Below are positions 1 to 10,670 of a stretch of 64,000 nt of DNA, piece after piece. The number at the start of each line of letters is the position of its first letter. Position 1 is the stretch's first letter. The notes below the pieces were generated by a model. It worked only from the letters and a program-made list of their open reading frames with translations. It did no database searches and had not been told where the DNA came from. The stretch lies in assembly GCA_046045965.1 (NCBI GenBank), contig JBJOKS010000004.1, forward strand, positions 32,001 through 96,000. Direction: 5' to 3'. Source of the DNA: Cyanobacteriota bacterium (GTDB lineage: Bacteria; Cyanobacteriota; Cyanobacteriia; Cyanobacteriales; Nostocaceae). The position numbers and the translations under genes were made by a program.

Positions 1-59
1 CACCCCGCACTCGGAATGGGTTACTTTTATTCTTCGCAAATTAAGGATTGATGGGAAGT

Positions 60-383
60 TTAGTAGCGACCACGACCGCCGCCGCCACCACCGTAACCAC
101 CGCGACCGCCGCCACCACCACCGTAGCCACCACCACGGTCTTCTTTGGGCTTGGCTTTATTAACTTTTAAATCGCGACCCATCCATTCAGCACCATCTAG
201 TGCTTCAATAGCTGCTGTTTCTTCTGCTTCTGTACCCATTTCCACGAAAGCAAAACCGCGTACACGGCCTGTTTCCCGGTCAGTGGGAATCTGAACACGC
301 TTTACAGTACCATATTCTGCAAATACGGAAGTTAAAGCATCCTGTGTAACTTCGTAAGAAAGATTACCTACGTAAACTGACAT
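60..383 (-). CDS. rbp: RRM-type RNA-binding protein (Rbp family) with Gly-rich C-terminus
   Basis: RNP2 (VYVGNL) and RNP1 (RGFAFVEM) motifs; GGGY/GGR tail. Confidence 0.96.
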   Translation of the reverse strand: MSVYVGNLSYEVTQDALTSVFAEYGTVKRVQIPTDRETGRVRGFAFVEMGTEAEETAAIEALDGAEWMGRDLKVNKAKPKEDRGGGYGGGGGGRGGYGGGGGGRGRY

Positions 384-387
384 ATTA

Positions 388-494
388 TGTCTCCAAAATC
401 ACGAGTTTGTAGAGATTTAGATTTCGGAGAGCAGTCTGTAAATACCACAAGTAAAAAGCCTGTCAATACTAACAACAAAACGCTAATCGCCGAA
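388..494 (-). promoter_or_regulatory. 5' UTR boxes of cold-regulated rbp genes
   Basis: Minus strand shows TTCGGCGA (494-487), TTTGTTGTTAGT (479-468), TCTCCGAA (430-423) and TTTGGAGA RBS, in the order I recall for Anabaena rbp boxes III/II/I; TCTCCGAA can pair with the RBS. Confidence 0.75.
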
Positions 495-686
495 TTAATT
501 CTCTCTCTCATCATGACATACAAATCAAATTTTTGGGGCAAGACTTTACAAAATTTTCATAAATTTTCTCAAAAATTTTGTCAATCATGCCGGACTGGGT
601 GCTGGTGAGAATTTTAAGCTGATAACTGAGGGTTGCTCGCTACTTATGATGATTGACATTGTTGAACAAGTTGAAAATGGTGACAG

Positions 687-802
687 ATACAGCGGGAGTC
701 AGGAGAGGCGAACGGCCGTTCGCCCGTACAGGAGTGAAACAGGCGAATGTGTATAGGGTTCATTTTTTATTCTGTACGTCATTGATCTGCAATCTGCTGT
801 AT
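687..802. mobile_element. Small MITE-like element carrying an internal palindromic repeat
   Basis: Ends ATACAGCGG / CTGCTGTAT are inverted (1 mismatch); internal GGCGAACGGCCGTTCGCC palindrome; GC-richer than flanks. Confidence 0.5.
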
Positions 803-830
803 AAAGATGAAAAGCCTATATAGCAAGACT

Positions 831-1391
831 TTAACAATCCAAAAAAGTATCAGTCTCAATGCGCTTTTCTAAGTATTGGCCAATCATTAACTGCTCACCA
901 GCACGGGAAATAATACTTTGTCTGGTGCGATATTTATCACCAATGAGTTTGATTTCTTCCTCAAATACTGAATTATTGTACTCAGTTCGCAAACACAGGG
1001 TTTTCAGGCTGGGAAAATTATATTGAGCGGTGACTGGTTTGGTTGTTGCAAAACCGCGATCGCGATACAAAATATTTCCCAAAGCACCAAACACAGTCTC
1101 ACCACTGGCTTCTTTTTTATTGTTGTGTGAATTGATACTTTCCCAAGTAACTTTTGCACCACAAGTCAAACTTCCTAAATCCAGCAAATCGTGTAACTGA
1201 GCCAAATTTTGCAATTCATCATCCCCCTGTGCCAAAAACCGGATAGTAATAATACTTACTATTTCCTTAGTTTCTCCTGCGGGTAAGGTGTAATAACGCC
1301 GTTCAGAGCGCCATTGACCTTCTGAAGCTTGGAAAAACTCAGCAATCTGCTGTTCATCAGCAGTTTGGGCAATTTTGAGCAGTGATGTCAC
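831..1391 (-). CDS. CpcS/CpeS-family phycobiliprotein lyase
   Basis: FF..SEG.WRSERRYY N-terminus and YRDRG motif typical of S-type lyases. Confidence 0.85.
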   Translation of the reverse strand: MTSLLKIAQTADEQQIAEFFQASEGQWRSERRYYTLPAGETKEIVSIITIRFLAQGDDELQNLAQLHDLLDLGSLTCGAKVTWESINSHNNKKEASGETVFGALGNILYRDRGFATTKPVTAQYNFPSLKTLCLRTEYNNSVFEEEIKLIGDKYRTRQSIISRAGEQLMIGQYLEKRIETDTFLDC

Positions 1392-1888
1392 TTGTTACCT
1401 TCCTCACCTAAAAGTCAAGCAGTTGCTTGGGTGGCTGTACCTGTTTTGCTTTATGTATGACCATGACTGGTCAAAACCCCGCAATATACTATAGCAGTTA
1501 CAAAAGCAATATTTGTTTAATATTCTTAATATATACACCAAAACTTGAAAAATACTAGTTTGTTAGGCACATTTTTAATGATGACTAGGTACTGGATGAA
1601 CTTAATTTAGTGTTGAGCAACTAAATCATGACCTATTTCCTATTACCTATTGCTGGCATAATCTTTATACTAACTTTATAATCTTGGAGATTGTCAGAAA
1701 TTATATACATCTATATCTACAGGATATGGAGAGAATTCTGTCAGTTTTATTGAGTAAAAAAAGTAATTTGGAATACATAAAGAAATAGCATAATTTGACT
1801 GCTACCATTTGTAATTCATACCTATTCCAAATTACTGGCAAATAAATGGCTGTATGAGTGCAAAGACTGCCCAATTGGAGAAAAATTC

Positions 1889-3316
1889 ATGGTTTTGGAC
1901 ACAAATAAGTCACAAAAACAGGTGAAAACATCAACTCCTATAGTTGTCAGCCCAGTGATGAATAAACTGATGAACAAGCAAAATTTATTCATGTTCTGGA
2001 TGCTATTACTGGGATTACTAACAGCCAGTTGTGGTTCATTACCGAAAGAATCAGCCGAAGCTCAATCGAGGCGGCCTGGTGGTGGAGAAAGAGGTAATAG
2101 TGAAACATCTGTAGATGTAGCGATCGCTCGGACAAACCAATTACGTCCCCCAGCAGATTATATAGGTAACACCACCCCATATCGGACGGTATCAGTGCGA
2201 TCGCAAGTAGAAGGAAGACTGCTGTCCTTAAATCTAGATGTGGGAGATACAGTCACACAAGGACAAATCATTAGCCAGTTAGATGATGTTTTGCTGGTAA
2301 CAGCATTACAGCAAGCAGAAGCAGAACTAGCCGCCAGTCAATCAGAAGTAGCCAGAGCGATGACGCAGGTAAGTAATGCTCAAGTAGAAGTCGAAAAGGC
2401 AAAGCTAGAACTGATCCAAGCCCAAGCTGACTCCCAAAGACAGCAACAATTATTGAAAGAAGGAGCAATTTCCGAACAAACTGCCCAACAAACCAGAACC
2501 CAAGCCCAAACAGCCAAACAAACCCTACAAGCGACTATTGAACAAGTTCGCACAGAAAAACAAGCCGTAGCAGCCGCCCAAGGTAGAGTATTTGCCCAAA
2601 AAGCAATAGTTAAAGCCGCTAAAGAACGCCGTTCCTACTCCCGCTTAATCTCCCCCATCGCTGGCGTAGTTACAGAAAAAGTTACAGAACCCGGTAATCT
2701 CCTGCAACCAGGAAGCGAAGTCTTAAAAATTGCTGACTTGAGCCGGATTAAAGTTATAGTTCAAGTTTCTGAATTGGAATTAGCAAAAATACAGGTTGGG
2801 GGATCTGTGCAAGTGCGTTTAGATGCCTTTCCCGATCAAACAATCATAGGTAGAGTAGCGCGTATTTCTCCATCTGCTGATAGCACAGCCCGGTTAATAC
2901 CGATAGAAGTAGTCATTCCCAACAGTGGCGGGAAAATTGGTAGCGGACTACTGGCACGAGTTAATTTTAACACCCAAACACCACAGCGAGTCGTGGTGTC
3001 ACAAACAGCAATTAATGGAACAGATCAACAAACAAAATCAGAAAACAGCACAGGAACGGTATTTATCGTCCAAGAAACCGAAGGTAAATTCAAAGTAAAA
3101 GAGAAATCTGTAACTTTGGGGAAAAAAGCTGATGGGAATGTAGAAGTTCTTTCTGGGTTACAACCAGGAGCAAGTTATGTTGTTCGTAGCAGTAAGCCTT
3201 TAAAAGATGGTGAAATTGTCCAGTTATCAATATTGTCAGAAGGCAGGAGCCAGGAGCCAGGAGGCAGAAGGCAGGAGCCAGGAGCCAGGAGCCAGGAGCC
3301 AGGAGGCAGAAGGTAA
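1889..3316 (+). CDS. RND efflux periplasmic adaptor (MFP) subunit; true start may be slightly downstream
   Basis: Lipobox LTASC, lipoyl halves (V.SQVEGRL...VGDTV; SPIAGVV), coiled coil; adjacent to RND permease. Confidence 0.93.
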   Translation: MVLDTNKSQKQVKTSTPIVVSPVMNKLMNKQNLFMFWMLLLGLLTASCGSLPKESAEAQSRRPGGGERGNSETSVDVAIARTNQLRPPADYIGNTTPYRTVSVRSQVEGRLLSLNLDVGDTVTQGQIISQLDDVLLVTALQQAEAELAASQSEVARAMTQVSNAQVEVEKAKLELIQAQADSQRQQQLLKEGAISEQTAQQTRTQAQTAKQTLQATIEQVRTEKQAVAAAQGRVFAQKAIVKAAKERRSYSRLISPIAGVVTEKVTEPGNLLQPGSEVLKIADLSRIKVIVQVSELELAKIQVGGSVQVRLDAFPDQTIIGRVARISPSADSTARLIPIEVVIPNSGGKIGSGLLARVNFNTQTPQRVVVSQTAINGTDQQTKSENSTGTVFIVQETEGKFKVKEKSVTLGKKADGNVEVLSGLQPGASYVVRSSKPLKDGEIVQLSILSEGRSQEPGGRRQEPGARSQEPGGRR

Positions 3317-3385
3317 GAGAAAGAAACATATTTATTCCCAGTCCCCAGTCCCCAGTCCCCAGTCCCCAGTCCCCAGTCCCCAGTC
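3237..3385. repeat. STRR heptamer arrays (CAGGAGC)n then (CCCAGTC)n
   Basis: Tandem 7-mers directly visible at 3237-3312 and 3337-3385. Confidence 0.95.
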
Positions 3386-3398
3386 ACCTGTGATCAAG

Positions 3399-6300
3399 AT
3401 GCAAACAACAAACAAGAACGGCTTTAGTATTAGCGCCATTTCTATCCGTCAGCATATCGGTACTTTGATGCTGACTTTGGCTGTAATTGTCATGGGCGTA
3501 TTTTTCATTATTCGTTTACCTGTAGATTTACTGCCATCAATTACTTATCCCCGCATTGGTGTGCGAATAGAAGCACCGGGAATTTCTCCAGAAGTAGCAG
3601 TTGATGAAATCACTAAACGTCTAGAAGAAGCTTTTTCAGCAACAGAAGGTGTTATTCAAGTTTTTTCTCAGACCCGTGAAGGTCAAGTGAGTTTAGATTT
3701 GTATTTTCAACCAGGAGGAAATATTGATCAGGCATTGAATGATGCTACAGCTACTTTTAATAGAGCCAGAAATAGATTACCAGATACTATTCAAGAACCG
3801 CGTTTATTCAAAGTCGATCCTTCCCAATTACCAGTTTATGAATTTGCACTCACTTCACCTACTCTTAAAAGTGTTGATTTGCGAGTTTTTGCCCAAGAAG
3901 AATTAGCTCGTGAATTGGGAGTAGTACCAGGTGTAGCGGTAGTAGATGTCTCAGGAGGAGTCCAGGAAGAAATTAAAGTCAATATTGATTTAGAGCGTCT
4001 TCAAGCTATTGGTGTCGGTTTAACTGATGTTTTAAACGAGCTGCAAAATCGTAACCAAGATATTTCTGGAGGTAGAATTTTAGGATCAAATTCTGAACCG
4101 TTAACTCGGACTGTGGGACGCTTTCAAAATGCAGAGGAAATAAACGATCTTTCCTTTGAAGTATCCACATCTAATTCTAATATCACAAATCGCGTTTATT
4201 TGCGTGACTTTGCCCAAGTTATTGACGGTTCAGAAAAACAGCGGGTTTACGTTTTACTCGATGGACAAGAAGCGGTAAAAGTCAGCATTCAAAAACAAGC
4301 AGATGCGAATACCGTCAACGTTGTTGATGGAGTCAAAAAAAGATTAGAAGAACTGAAACAAGCTGGTGTTATTCCTCCCGAAGCAACTTTTACTGCTACT
4401 TTAGATGAATCAATATTTATCCGTAATTCTCTAGCTAATGTTACCACTTCCGGGTTAATTGGTTCAGGGTTAGCAGCAATCGCTGTTCTCCTATTTTTAG
4501 GTTCTCTACGGCAAACTTTCATTATTGTCCTGTCTATTCCCTTAGCAACCTTAGCAGCAATAATTATGATGGGATTATTTGGTTTATCCCTGAATATTTT
4601 TAGCTTAGGTGGTTTAGCATTAGGTGTGGGAATTGTAGTTGATAATTCCATCGTCATGTTAGAAAATATTGCCGAAGGAATTAATCAATCAAAATCACAA
4701 AATCAAACATCAAAATTATCACCTGAGTTGGTTATTCAACAAGCAGCACAAAGCAGTCAGGAAGTTGAATCTGCTTTACTTGCTTCTACCAGTACAAACT
4801 TAGTAGCAGTATTACCATTTTTGTTAATTGGTGGTTTTATTTCATTACTATTTAATGAGTTAATTCTCACCATCAGCTTTTCCGTAGCAGCTTCAATTTT
4901 AATTGCTGTCACCGTTGTCCCCATGTTGACATCGCGGTTATTAGCGTTACCAATTCCTATTTCCCTAACTAATTTTTGGTTTTTCCAGGCATTTAATCGC
5001 CGTTTTGAAGCAGCTACAAGAGCATACAGCAGTTTTCTAACTGGAGTAGTACGGTGGCGGTTATTAACAATTGCGATCGCCATTATTTTATTAGGTGGCG
5101 GTAGTTATTGGATAGCACCTCAACTTCCCCAAGAAATTATTCCCCCCATCAACACCGGACAAGTTAGTTTAATAGCTCAATTTCCCCCCGGTACACCTTT
5201 AGAAACCAACCAAAAAGTGATGAAGGCGGTAGATGATATTCTCCTTCAACAACCAGAAACAGAATATGTTTTCTCCACAGTTGGCGGTTTTCTCTTTGGT
5301 GCTAATAGTACCGCCAACCCCCTGCGGAGTTCCAGCACCATCACCCTGAAACCAAACTCAGATATAGAGAATTATATTGAACGTGTCACCAAAGAATTTA
5401 GCAAGCTGAATTTAGTAGATATTCGTTTGCGTCTTTCCCCTGGTAGAGTGCGGGGTTTAATTCTCAACAACTCTCCTGTTCGTGGTGCTGACGTTGACAT
5501 CATTCTCCAAGGAAATAAATCAGATACTTTAGAAAAAGCCGGTCGTGAATTATTAAAAACCTTAGAAGAGAAAGTCACCGCCGTTAGATTTCGTCCTGAC
5601 GCAGACGCAAGACAACCAGAAATCCAGATTTTACCAAATTGGGAACGAGTTGCAAATGTGGGTTTAAATACCAAAGATATTGGCGATACAATTCAGACCG
5701 CAATTACAGGCAGTATACCGACCCAACTGCAACGCAGTAACCGTTTGATTGATGTGCGAGTTGAGTTAGATAAAGATTCGGTAAAAACAGTTTCTCAGTT
5801 AGAGAGATTACCTTTATTTGTAGATAACAATTACCAAATTCGTTTGAGTGATGTAGCGACAATTGCCGAAGGTCAAGCACCAGGAGAAATTCAACGTATT
5901 AACCAGCGTCAAGTCTTTTTAATTGCTGGTAATTTGGCAGAAGGAGCAAGTCTGAGTCAAGCTTTAAATCAAGTTAATGAAGTCCTCAAAAATGCCGATT
6001 TTCCTCAAGGTATAAGTCTTTTACCCAGTGCCACAGTAGAATCAAATCAACAACTACAAAACTCGCTGCAACTGTTAGGAGGTTTGGCGATCTTTTTAGT
6101 CTTTGTGGTGATGGCTGTACAATACAATTCTCTGATTGACCCTTTGGTAATTCTGTTTACCATTCCTCTAGCATTAGCTGGGGGTATTTTTGGGCTTTAT
6201 ATGACCGAAACTGCCATTGGTGCAACGGTAATTGTGGGTGCAGTTTTATTAGTAGGTATTGTGGTTAATAACGCCATTATTATGGTCGAATTAGCAAATC

Positions 6301-6617
6301 AAATTCGAGAACGAGAACAAATAGATCGTCGTACCGCAATTTTAAAAGCTGCACCCCAACGTTTACGCCCCATTTTAATGACTACAATTACTACAGTTTT
6401 AGGGATGTTTCCCCTAGCTTTGGGAATTGGAGAAGGTTCAGAATTTCTTCAACCTTTGGGTGTGGTAGTCTTTTCTGGGTTGTCTTTAGCAACACTATTA
6501 ACTCTATTTATTATTCCCTGTTTTTATACACTGCTGCACGATGTAATTGGTGGACGTTGGGCAAAACCTGTATTTATCAAATTTCGGATCTGGAAGAAAA
6601 ATTTCAACAAAGCGTAA
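3399..6617 (+). CDS. RND efflux permease (AcrB/CusA family); start reassigned to ATG 3399
   Basis: LPVDLLP.I.YP, GIVVDNSIV..ENI, RLRPILMTT motifs; ORF-track extension 3207-3398 is translated repeat. Confidence 0.95.
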   Translation: MQTTNKNGFSISAISIRQHIGTLMLTLAVIVMGVFFIIRLPVDLLPSITYPRIGVRIEAPGISPEVAVDEITKRLEEAFSATEGVIQVFSQTREGQVSLDLYFQPGGNIDQALNDATATFNRARNRLPDTIQEPRLFKVDPSQLPVYEFALTSPTLKSVDLRVFAQEELARELGVVPGVAVVDVSGGVQEEIKVNIDLERLQAIGVGLTDVLNELQNRNQDISGGRILGSNSEPLTRTVGRFQNAEEINDLSFEVSTSNSNITNRVYLRDFAQVIDGSEKQRVYVLLDGQEAVKVSIQKQADANTVNVVDGVKKRLEELKQAGVIPPEATFTATLDESIFIRNSLANVTTSGLIGSGLAAIAVLLFLGSLRQTFIIVLSIPLATLAAIIMMGLFGLSLNIFSLGGLALGVGIVVDNSIVMLENIAEGINQSKSQNQTSKLSPELVIQQAAQSSQEVESALLASTSTNLVAVLPFLLIGGFISLLFNELILTISFSVAASILIAVTVVPMLTSRLLALPIPISLTNFWFFQAFNRRFEAATRAYSSFLTGVVRWRLLTIAIAIILLGGGSYWIAPQLPQEIIPPINTGQVSLIAQFPPGTPLETNQKVMKAVDDILLQQPETEYVFSTVGGFLFGANSTANPLRSSSTITLKPNSDIENYIERVTKEFSKLNLVDIRLRLSPGRVRGLILNNSPVRGADVDIILQGNKSDTLEKAGRELLKTLEEKVTAVRFRPDADARQPEIQILPNWERVANVGLNTKDIGDTIQTAITGSIPTQLQRSNRLIDVRVELDKDSVKTVSQLERLPLFVDNNYQIRLSDVATIAEGQAPGEIQRINQRQVFLIAGNLAEGASLSQALNQVNEVLKNADFPQGISLLPSATVESNQQLQNSLQLLGGLAIFLVFVVMAVQYNSLIDPLVILFTIPLALAGGIFGLYMTETAIGATVIVGAVLLVGIVVNNAIIMVELANQIREREQIDRRTAILKAAPQRLRPILMTTITTVLGMFPLALGIGEGSEFLQPLGVVVFSGLSLATLLTLFIIPCFYTLLHDVIGGRWAKPVFIKFRIWKKNFNKA

Positions 6618-6673
6618 TTCGTAATTCGCCAGAAAAAAATCCCCGCATTCTTCAAGAAGTCGGGGATCTGGGT

Positions 6674-7732
6674 TTAAGTAACTAACTCTTGATACACTGC
6701 TAAAGTTTCCTGATGCACACGGACAACATTTAGCCTTTCTAAATTTTCCTGTGCGCGATATTTCCACTCTTTTAAAACATCTGAGTTACTTAATAAATTT
6801 ACTAATGCTTCAGCTAAAGTTTGACTATCTTTAGCTGGAACTAAAACACCAGCTTGTCCATTATCCAAAGCTTCTGGAATACCGTCTACCTGTGTAGCGA
6901 CAATAGCAGCGCCGGCTTCCCTAGCTTCAGAAATTACTAAAGGACATGGATCACGGTGAGAAGCCAAAACAAAAATATCACAAGCTAGTAAATAACGTTG
7001 TGGTTCGGGTTGGAAACCTTCAAAATGGATGCGGTTACTGACAGAAGTTGCTTTTGCTTGTTCTTTAAATATCTCTTTATCAGGTCCATTTCCCACTAAA
7101 TAAAGATGTGCTGTAGGAAAGTCCAAAGCAATTTTTTCAAAAGCAGCAATTAACTCAGCTATACCTTTACGTTTATACATTCCTGCGACAGTAGCGATCG
7201 CTGGATGTTGTAATTTTAAAGGTTGATAATCGGAAATTTTTTGCGTGCGAGGACTACCCAAAGTTCCATTGTTTACTACGCGCAATTTGTTCTCTAAAAT
7301 ACCACGTCGCGCCATCGAAATTTCCACAGCTTTACTAACAGCAATTACCCGATCAGCTAAACCCATCAATAAACTAGCACGCTGGAATTCATTGTGTACT
7401 GTGGAAACTAAAGCATACTTATTTCTGAATCTCAAAATACTGGCTAAAACTATCCCCGTCATCATGTGAGCATGAACAATATCTGGTTGGAATTCTTGCA
7501 CAATTGTTCGATAACTCACCGATGATTTAAGAATATTTATTGGCTGACGATTTTGATCTAATTTGTAATGTTTAACACCAAATTTATCCAATAATTTTTC
7601 ATATTCTCCACCACCGGAAATTACTGCTACAGTATACCCAGTTTTTGCCTGTAAACAAGCTAAATCCACAGCCACATTAACAATTCCATTTCCGATTTCC
7701 TGAACATGATTCAATATATGTATAATTCGCAT
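6674..7732 (-). CDS. Glycosyltransferase family 4
   Basis: PDIVHAH, KGI..LI.AF, DPCPLVISEA (EX7E-like), VDGIPE. Confidence 0.92.
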   Translation of the reverse strand: MRIIHILNHVQEIGNGIVNVAVDLACLQAKTGYTVAVISGGGEYEKLLDKFGVKHYKLDQNRQPINILKSSVSYRTIVQEFQPDIVHAHMMTGIVLASILRFRNKYALVSTVHNEFQRASLLMGLADRVIAVSKAVEISMARRGILENKLRVVNNGTLGSPRTQKISDYQPLKLQHPAIATVAGMYKRKGIAELIAAFEKIALDFPTAHLYLVGNGPDKEIFKEQAKATSVSNRIHFEGFQPEPQRYLLACDIFVLASHRDPCPLVISEAREAGAAIVATQVDGIPEALDNGQAGVLVPAKDSQTLAEALVNLLSNSDVLKEWKYRAQENLERLNVVRVHQETLAVYQELVT

Positions 7733-8483
7733 GAGCTTTAAAAATGTTCAAGGTTTACAGTTATTTACACTGTTGGAAACAGCAGAAAGACCAAAGATTC
7801 TACACCCTAAAGTTCAATTAAATACAGCAGAAATTATCAGTGTTTAGCAATAAAACAATGTTGATTTTCTAAATTCTGTCATTTATGTAGCTACAATCTA
7901 ATATCAATCCTATTTCTAGGGTTGATTCTCTCTTATTTATAAGTTGTATGTTCTGAGCGGCCATATTTCTGCTCAATCATATACAGCGTGATAAAATTTT
8001 TTATATTTCTCCAGAAATATCTTTTGATTAACTTCAAGTCTCCGAATATTTGGGCAATTAATTTTATTTCTCTTATACATAACTCCTATGCAATTTTTGG
8101 TTATACATAAAATCTCAATGCGTAATGCTTAAAATAAAATATTGATATAATAAATTCGTGCTTTGGATTACTCACAGTCCAGTAATAGATATCAATCCTC
8201 TAAAAATCACTGATTGCAGTCAGCATATACCCCAATATCTGTCAGTCAAGGAGAGGAAAGGAAAGCAAAAACCTTTACCCACATAACAGCAACTTTTTCC
8301 CCAACCAAGTTGAAAGTTTCAGGTTCAAAACAAGAGTCCAGTATTGACTTATACCCAGGAAATAGTCCTGGATGAGTGTATTTTCTAAATAAAAAATCAA
8401 AAATCTCAAATATATATAGACTGTCAGGCAGTAATAGATTTATGATTGATGATCGTGGGTTTTTTTCAGAAAATAGCTAAATT

Positions 8484-8846
8484 ATGAACGCTCAAGAAAT
8501 AATTCGCTCCATCGAAGCGGAACACATCAAAACCGACCTCCCCCAAATTTATGTAGGTGATACAATACGGGTAGGAGTCAAAATTAAAGAAGGTGAGAAA
8601 TACCGCGTCCAACCCTATGAAGGAGTGGTAATTGGTAAGCGCAATGGCGGAATTAACGAAACAATCACCGTCCGTCGAGTTTTTCAAGGTGTAGGCGTTG
8701 AGAGAGTATTTTTGCTGCATTCACCCCGGATTGATAACATCAAGGTTATGCGCCGTGGTAAGGTAAGACGCGCCAAACTATATTATCTGCGCCAGCTATC
8801 TGGTAAGGCCACCCGGATTAAGCAACGGTTTGACCGCGCCCTGTGA
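8484..8846 (+). CDS. rplS: 50S ribosomal protein L19
   Basis: [25 protein letters not shown]. Confidence 0.99.
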   Translation: MNAQEIIRSIEAEHIKTDLPQIYVGDTIRVGVKIKEGEKYRVQPYEGVVIGKRNGGINETITVRRVFQGVGVERVFLLHSPRIDNIKVMRRGKVRRAKLYYLRQLSGKATRIKQRFDRAL

Positions 8847-8999
8847 TTCGGTTGGTCTTAGTAGTAGGACCCAGGAATCTCAAGCTAAAAGCGGCATCTG
8901 CCGCTAATTTGCTTTTTCCAAAAAATTAAGTTACAATAAAAAAGGAATTGTGTTAAACTAAAAAAGTTCAGCGCAATCCCTGAAACAAAAACAGCTTGT

Positions 9000-9072
9000 G
9001 CGCTCTTAGTTCAGTTGGTAGAACGCAGGTCTCCAAAACCTGATGTCGGGGGTTCAAGTCCTCCAGGGCGCG
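9000..9072 (+). tRNA. trnW: tRNA-Trp (CCA)
   Basis: Cloverleaf: GCGCTCT/AGGGCGC acceptor, CAGGT-CT-CCA-AA-ACCTG anticodon arm, GTTCAAGTC T-loop; usual position before secE. Confidence 0.98.
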
Positions 9073-9250
9073 CTCAAAAGCAAAAAATATAGCCCGAAAC
9101 AAAAACGCATCTGCTAAAATAGCGGCAAGCGTTGATTATTTCGGGTCTAATTATTTTTTACTGACAGCTTTTTTTGTTTCCATCACATGGGTCAAAACTG
9201 TAAACCTTGGTGCAAAATAACAAGGTGAAGCAATGTAAGAAACGGGGGGT

Positions 9251-9481
9251 ATGACGACCGTGGCCAAAAAAAACGAAGCAGAAATGCCAGAAACTGGAAA
9301 TGGGTTTAGCTTAAACAACTTCTTCCAAGGCACAAAAGAAGAACTTGACAAAGTAGTTTGGCCCAGTCGGAAGCAGTTGGTGAGTGAATCAGCAGCTGTG
9401 TTATTAATGGTGACACTCTCCGCATCTTTGATATATTTGGTCGATGGATTGTTTGCTTGGGCAGCAAAACAGGTATTCTGA
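9251..9481 (+). CDS. secE: Preprotein translocase subunit SecE (GTG 9260 is an alternative start)
   Basis: EELDKVVWPSRKQL plus a single TM helix. Confidence 0.97.
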   Translation: MTTVAKKNEAEMPETGNGFSLNNFFQGTKEELDKVVWPSRKQLVSESAAVLLMVTLSASLIYLVDGLFAWAAKQVF

Positions 9482-10110
9482 TGACTTTTGCAACAGACGA
9501 ACCACGGGATGCTTTGCAGTCAGAGGAAGCACTAGAAGCAGCGCACAAAGAAGCACGCTGGTATGCGGTGCAAGTAGCTTCTGGCTGTGAAAAGCGCGTG
9601 AAGACAAACTTAGAGCAGCGCATCCAAACTTTTGATGTAGCTGACAAAATCATCCAGGTAGAAATTCCCCACACCCCAGCGGTGAAAATCCGTAAAGATG
9701 GTAGCCGCCAACACACTGAGGAAAAAGTTTTTCCAGGGTATGTGTTAGTGCGGATGATGTTGAGTGATGATACCTGGCAGGTGGTACGGAACACTACCCA
9801 TGTAATTAACTTTGTGGGAGCCGAACAGAAACGTGGTAGCGGCCGAGGTCGTGGTCACGTCAAGCCAGTACCCCTGAGTAACTCAGAAGTAGAACGTATA
9901 TTCAAACAAACGACAGAACAAGAACCAGTAGTCAAAATTGATATGGCTACAGGTGATAAGATAATGGTGCTTTCGGGTCCGTTCAAGGATTTTGAAGGTG
10001 AGGTGATTGAAGTTTCGCCAGAACGGAGTAAACTAAAAGCTCTACTCTCGATTTTCGGACGAGATACACCAGTAGAATTGGAATTTAATCAGGTAGAAAA
10101 ACAGAGCTAA
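9481..10110 (+). CDS. nusG: Transcription termination/antitermination factor NusG
   Basis: WYAVQVASGCE, FPGYVLV, KOW GPFKDFEG; ATG 9481 overlaps the secE TGA. Confidence 0.98.
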   Translation: MTFATDEPRDALQSEEALEAAHKEARWYAVQVASGCEKRVKTNLEQRIQTFDVADKIIQVEIPHTPAVKIRKDGSRQHTEEKVFPGYVLVRMMLSDDTWQVVRNTTHVINFVGAEQKRGSGRGRGHVKPVPLSNSEVERIFKQTTEQEPVVKIDMATGDKIMVLSGPFKDFEGEVIEVSPERSKLKALLSIFGRDTPVELEFNQVEKQS

Positions 10111-10116
10111 ATCCAA

Positions 10117-10542
10117 ATGGCGAAGAAAGTAGTAGCGGTCATTAAATTGGCCTTGAACGCTGGGAAAGCCAACCCAGCACCGCCTGTAGGACCCGCACTG
10201 GGTCAACATGGCGTTAACATCATGATGTTCTGCAAAGAGTACAACGCCAAAACAGCAGACCAAGCTGGAATGGTGATACCTGTAGAAATTTCGGTGTTTG
10301 AAGACCGGAGTTTTACATTTGTACTCAAAACACCCCCAGCATCAGTATTGATTCGCAAGGCAGCGAAAATTGAAAGAGGTTCTAATGAACCCAACAAAAA
10401 GAAAGTTGGGAGCATTACTAAAGCTCAATTGCGAGAAATTGCCCAAACTAAACTTCCTGACCTCAATGCTAATGACATTGACGCAGCGATGAATATTGTG
10501 GCAGGAACAGCTAAAAACATGGGTGTTACCATCACAGAATAA
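10117..10542 (+). CDS. rplK: 50S ribosomal protein L11
   Basis: [18 protein letters not shown]. Confidence 0.99.
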   Translation: MAKKVVAVIKLALNAGKANPAPPVGPALGQHGVNIMMFCKEYNAKTADQAGMVIPVEISVFEDRSFTFVLKTPPASVLIRKAAKIERGSNEPNKKKVGSITKAQLREIAQTKLPDLNANDIDAAMNIVAGTAKNMGVTITE

Positions 10543-10627
10543 GAAATGAATAAATTTTGAATTTTGAACATTGGGTTAAAAAATACACTCAATGCAAAAT
10601 CCAAAATCTAAAATCCAAAATTTTATC

Positions 10628-10659
10628 GGGGGAGAGGTGAGAAACTTCGAGATTACCCC
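10628..10659 (+). promoter_or_regulatory. Putative L1 autoregulatory stem-loop before rplA
   Basis: GGGGGAGAGG...CTTCGAGATTACCCC hairpin with asymmetric internal loop directly before the rplA RBS. Confidence 0.55.
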
Positions 10660-10670
10660 AGGAGAGAAAA

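Noticed and set aside
3207..3398. 64-aa N-terminal extension of the RND permease
   Set aside because: Translation of STRR arrays overlapping the adaptor gene; family similarity starts after ATG 3399.
9000..9150. tRNA-Trp as an integration site
   Set aside because: No duplicated tRNA 3' end or integrase seen; the conserved secE context is intact.
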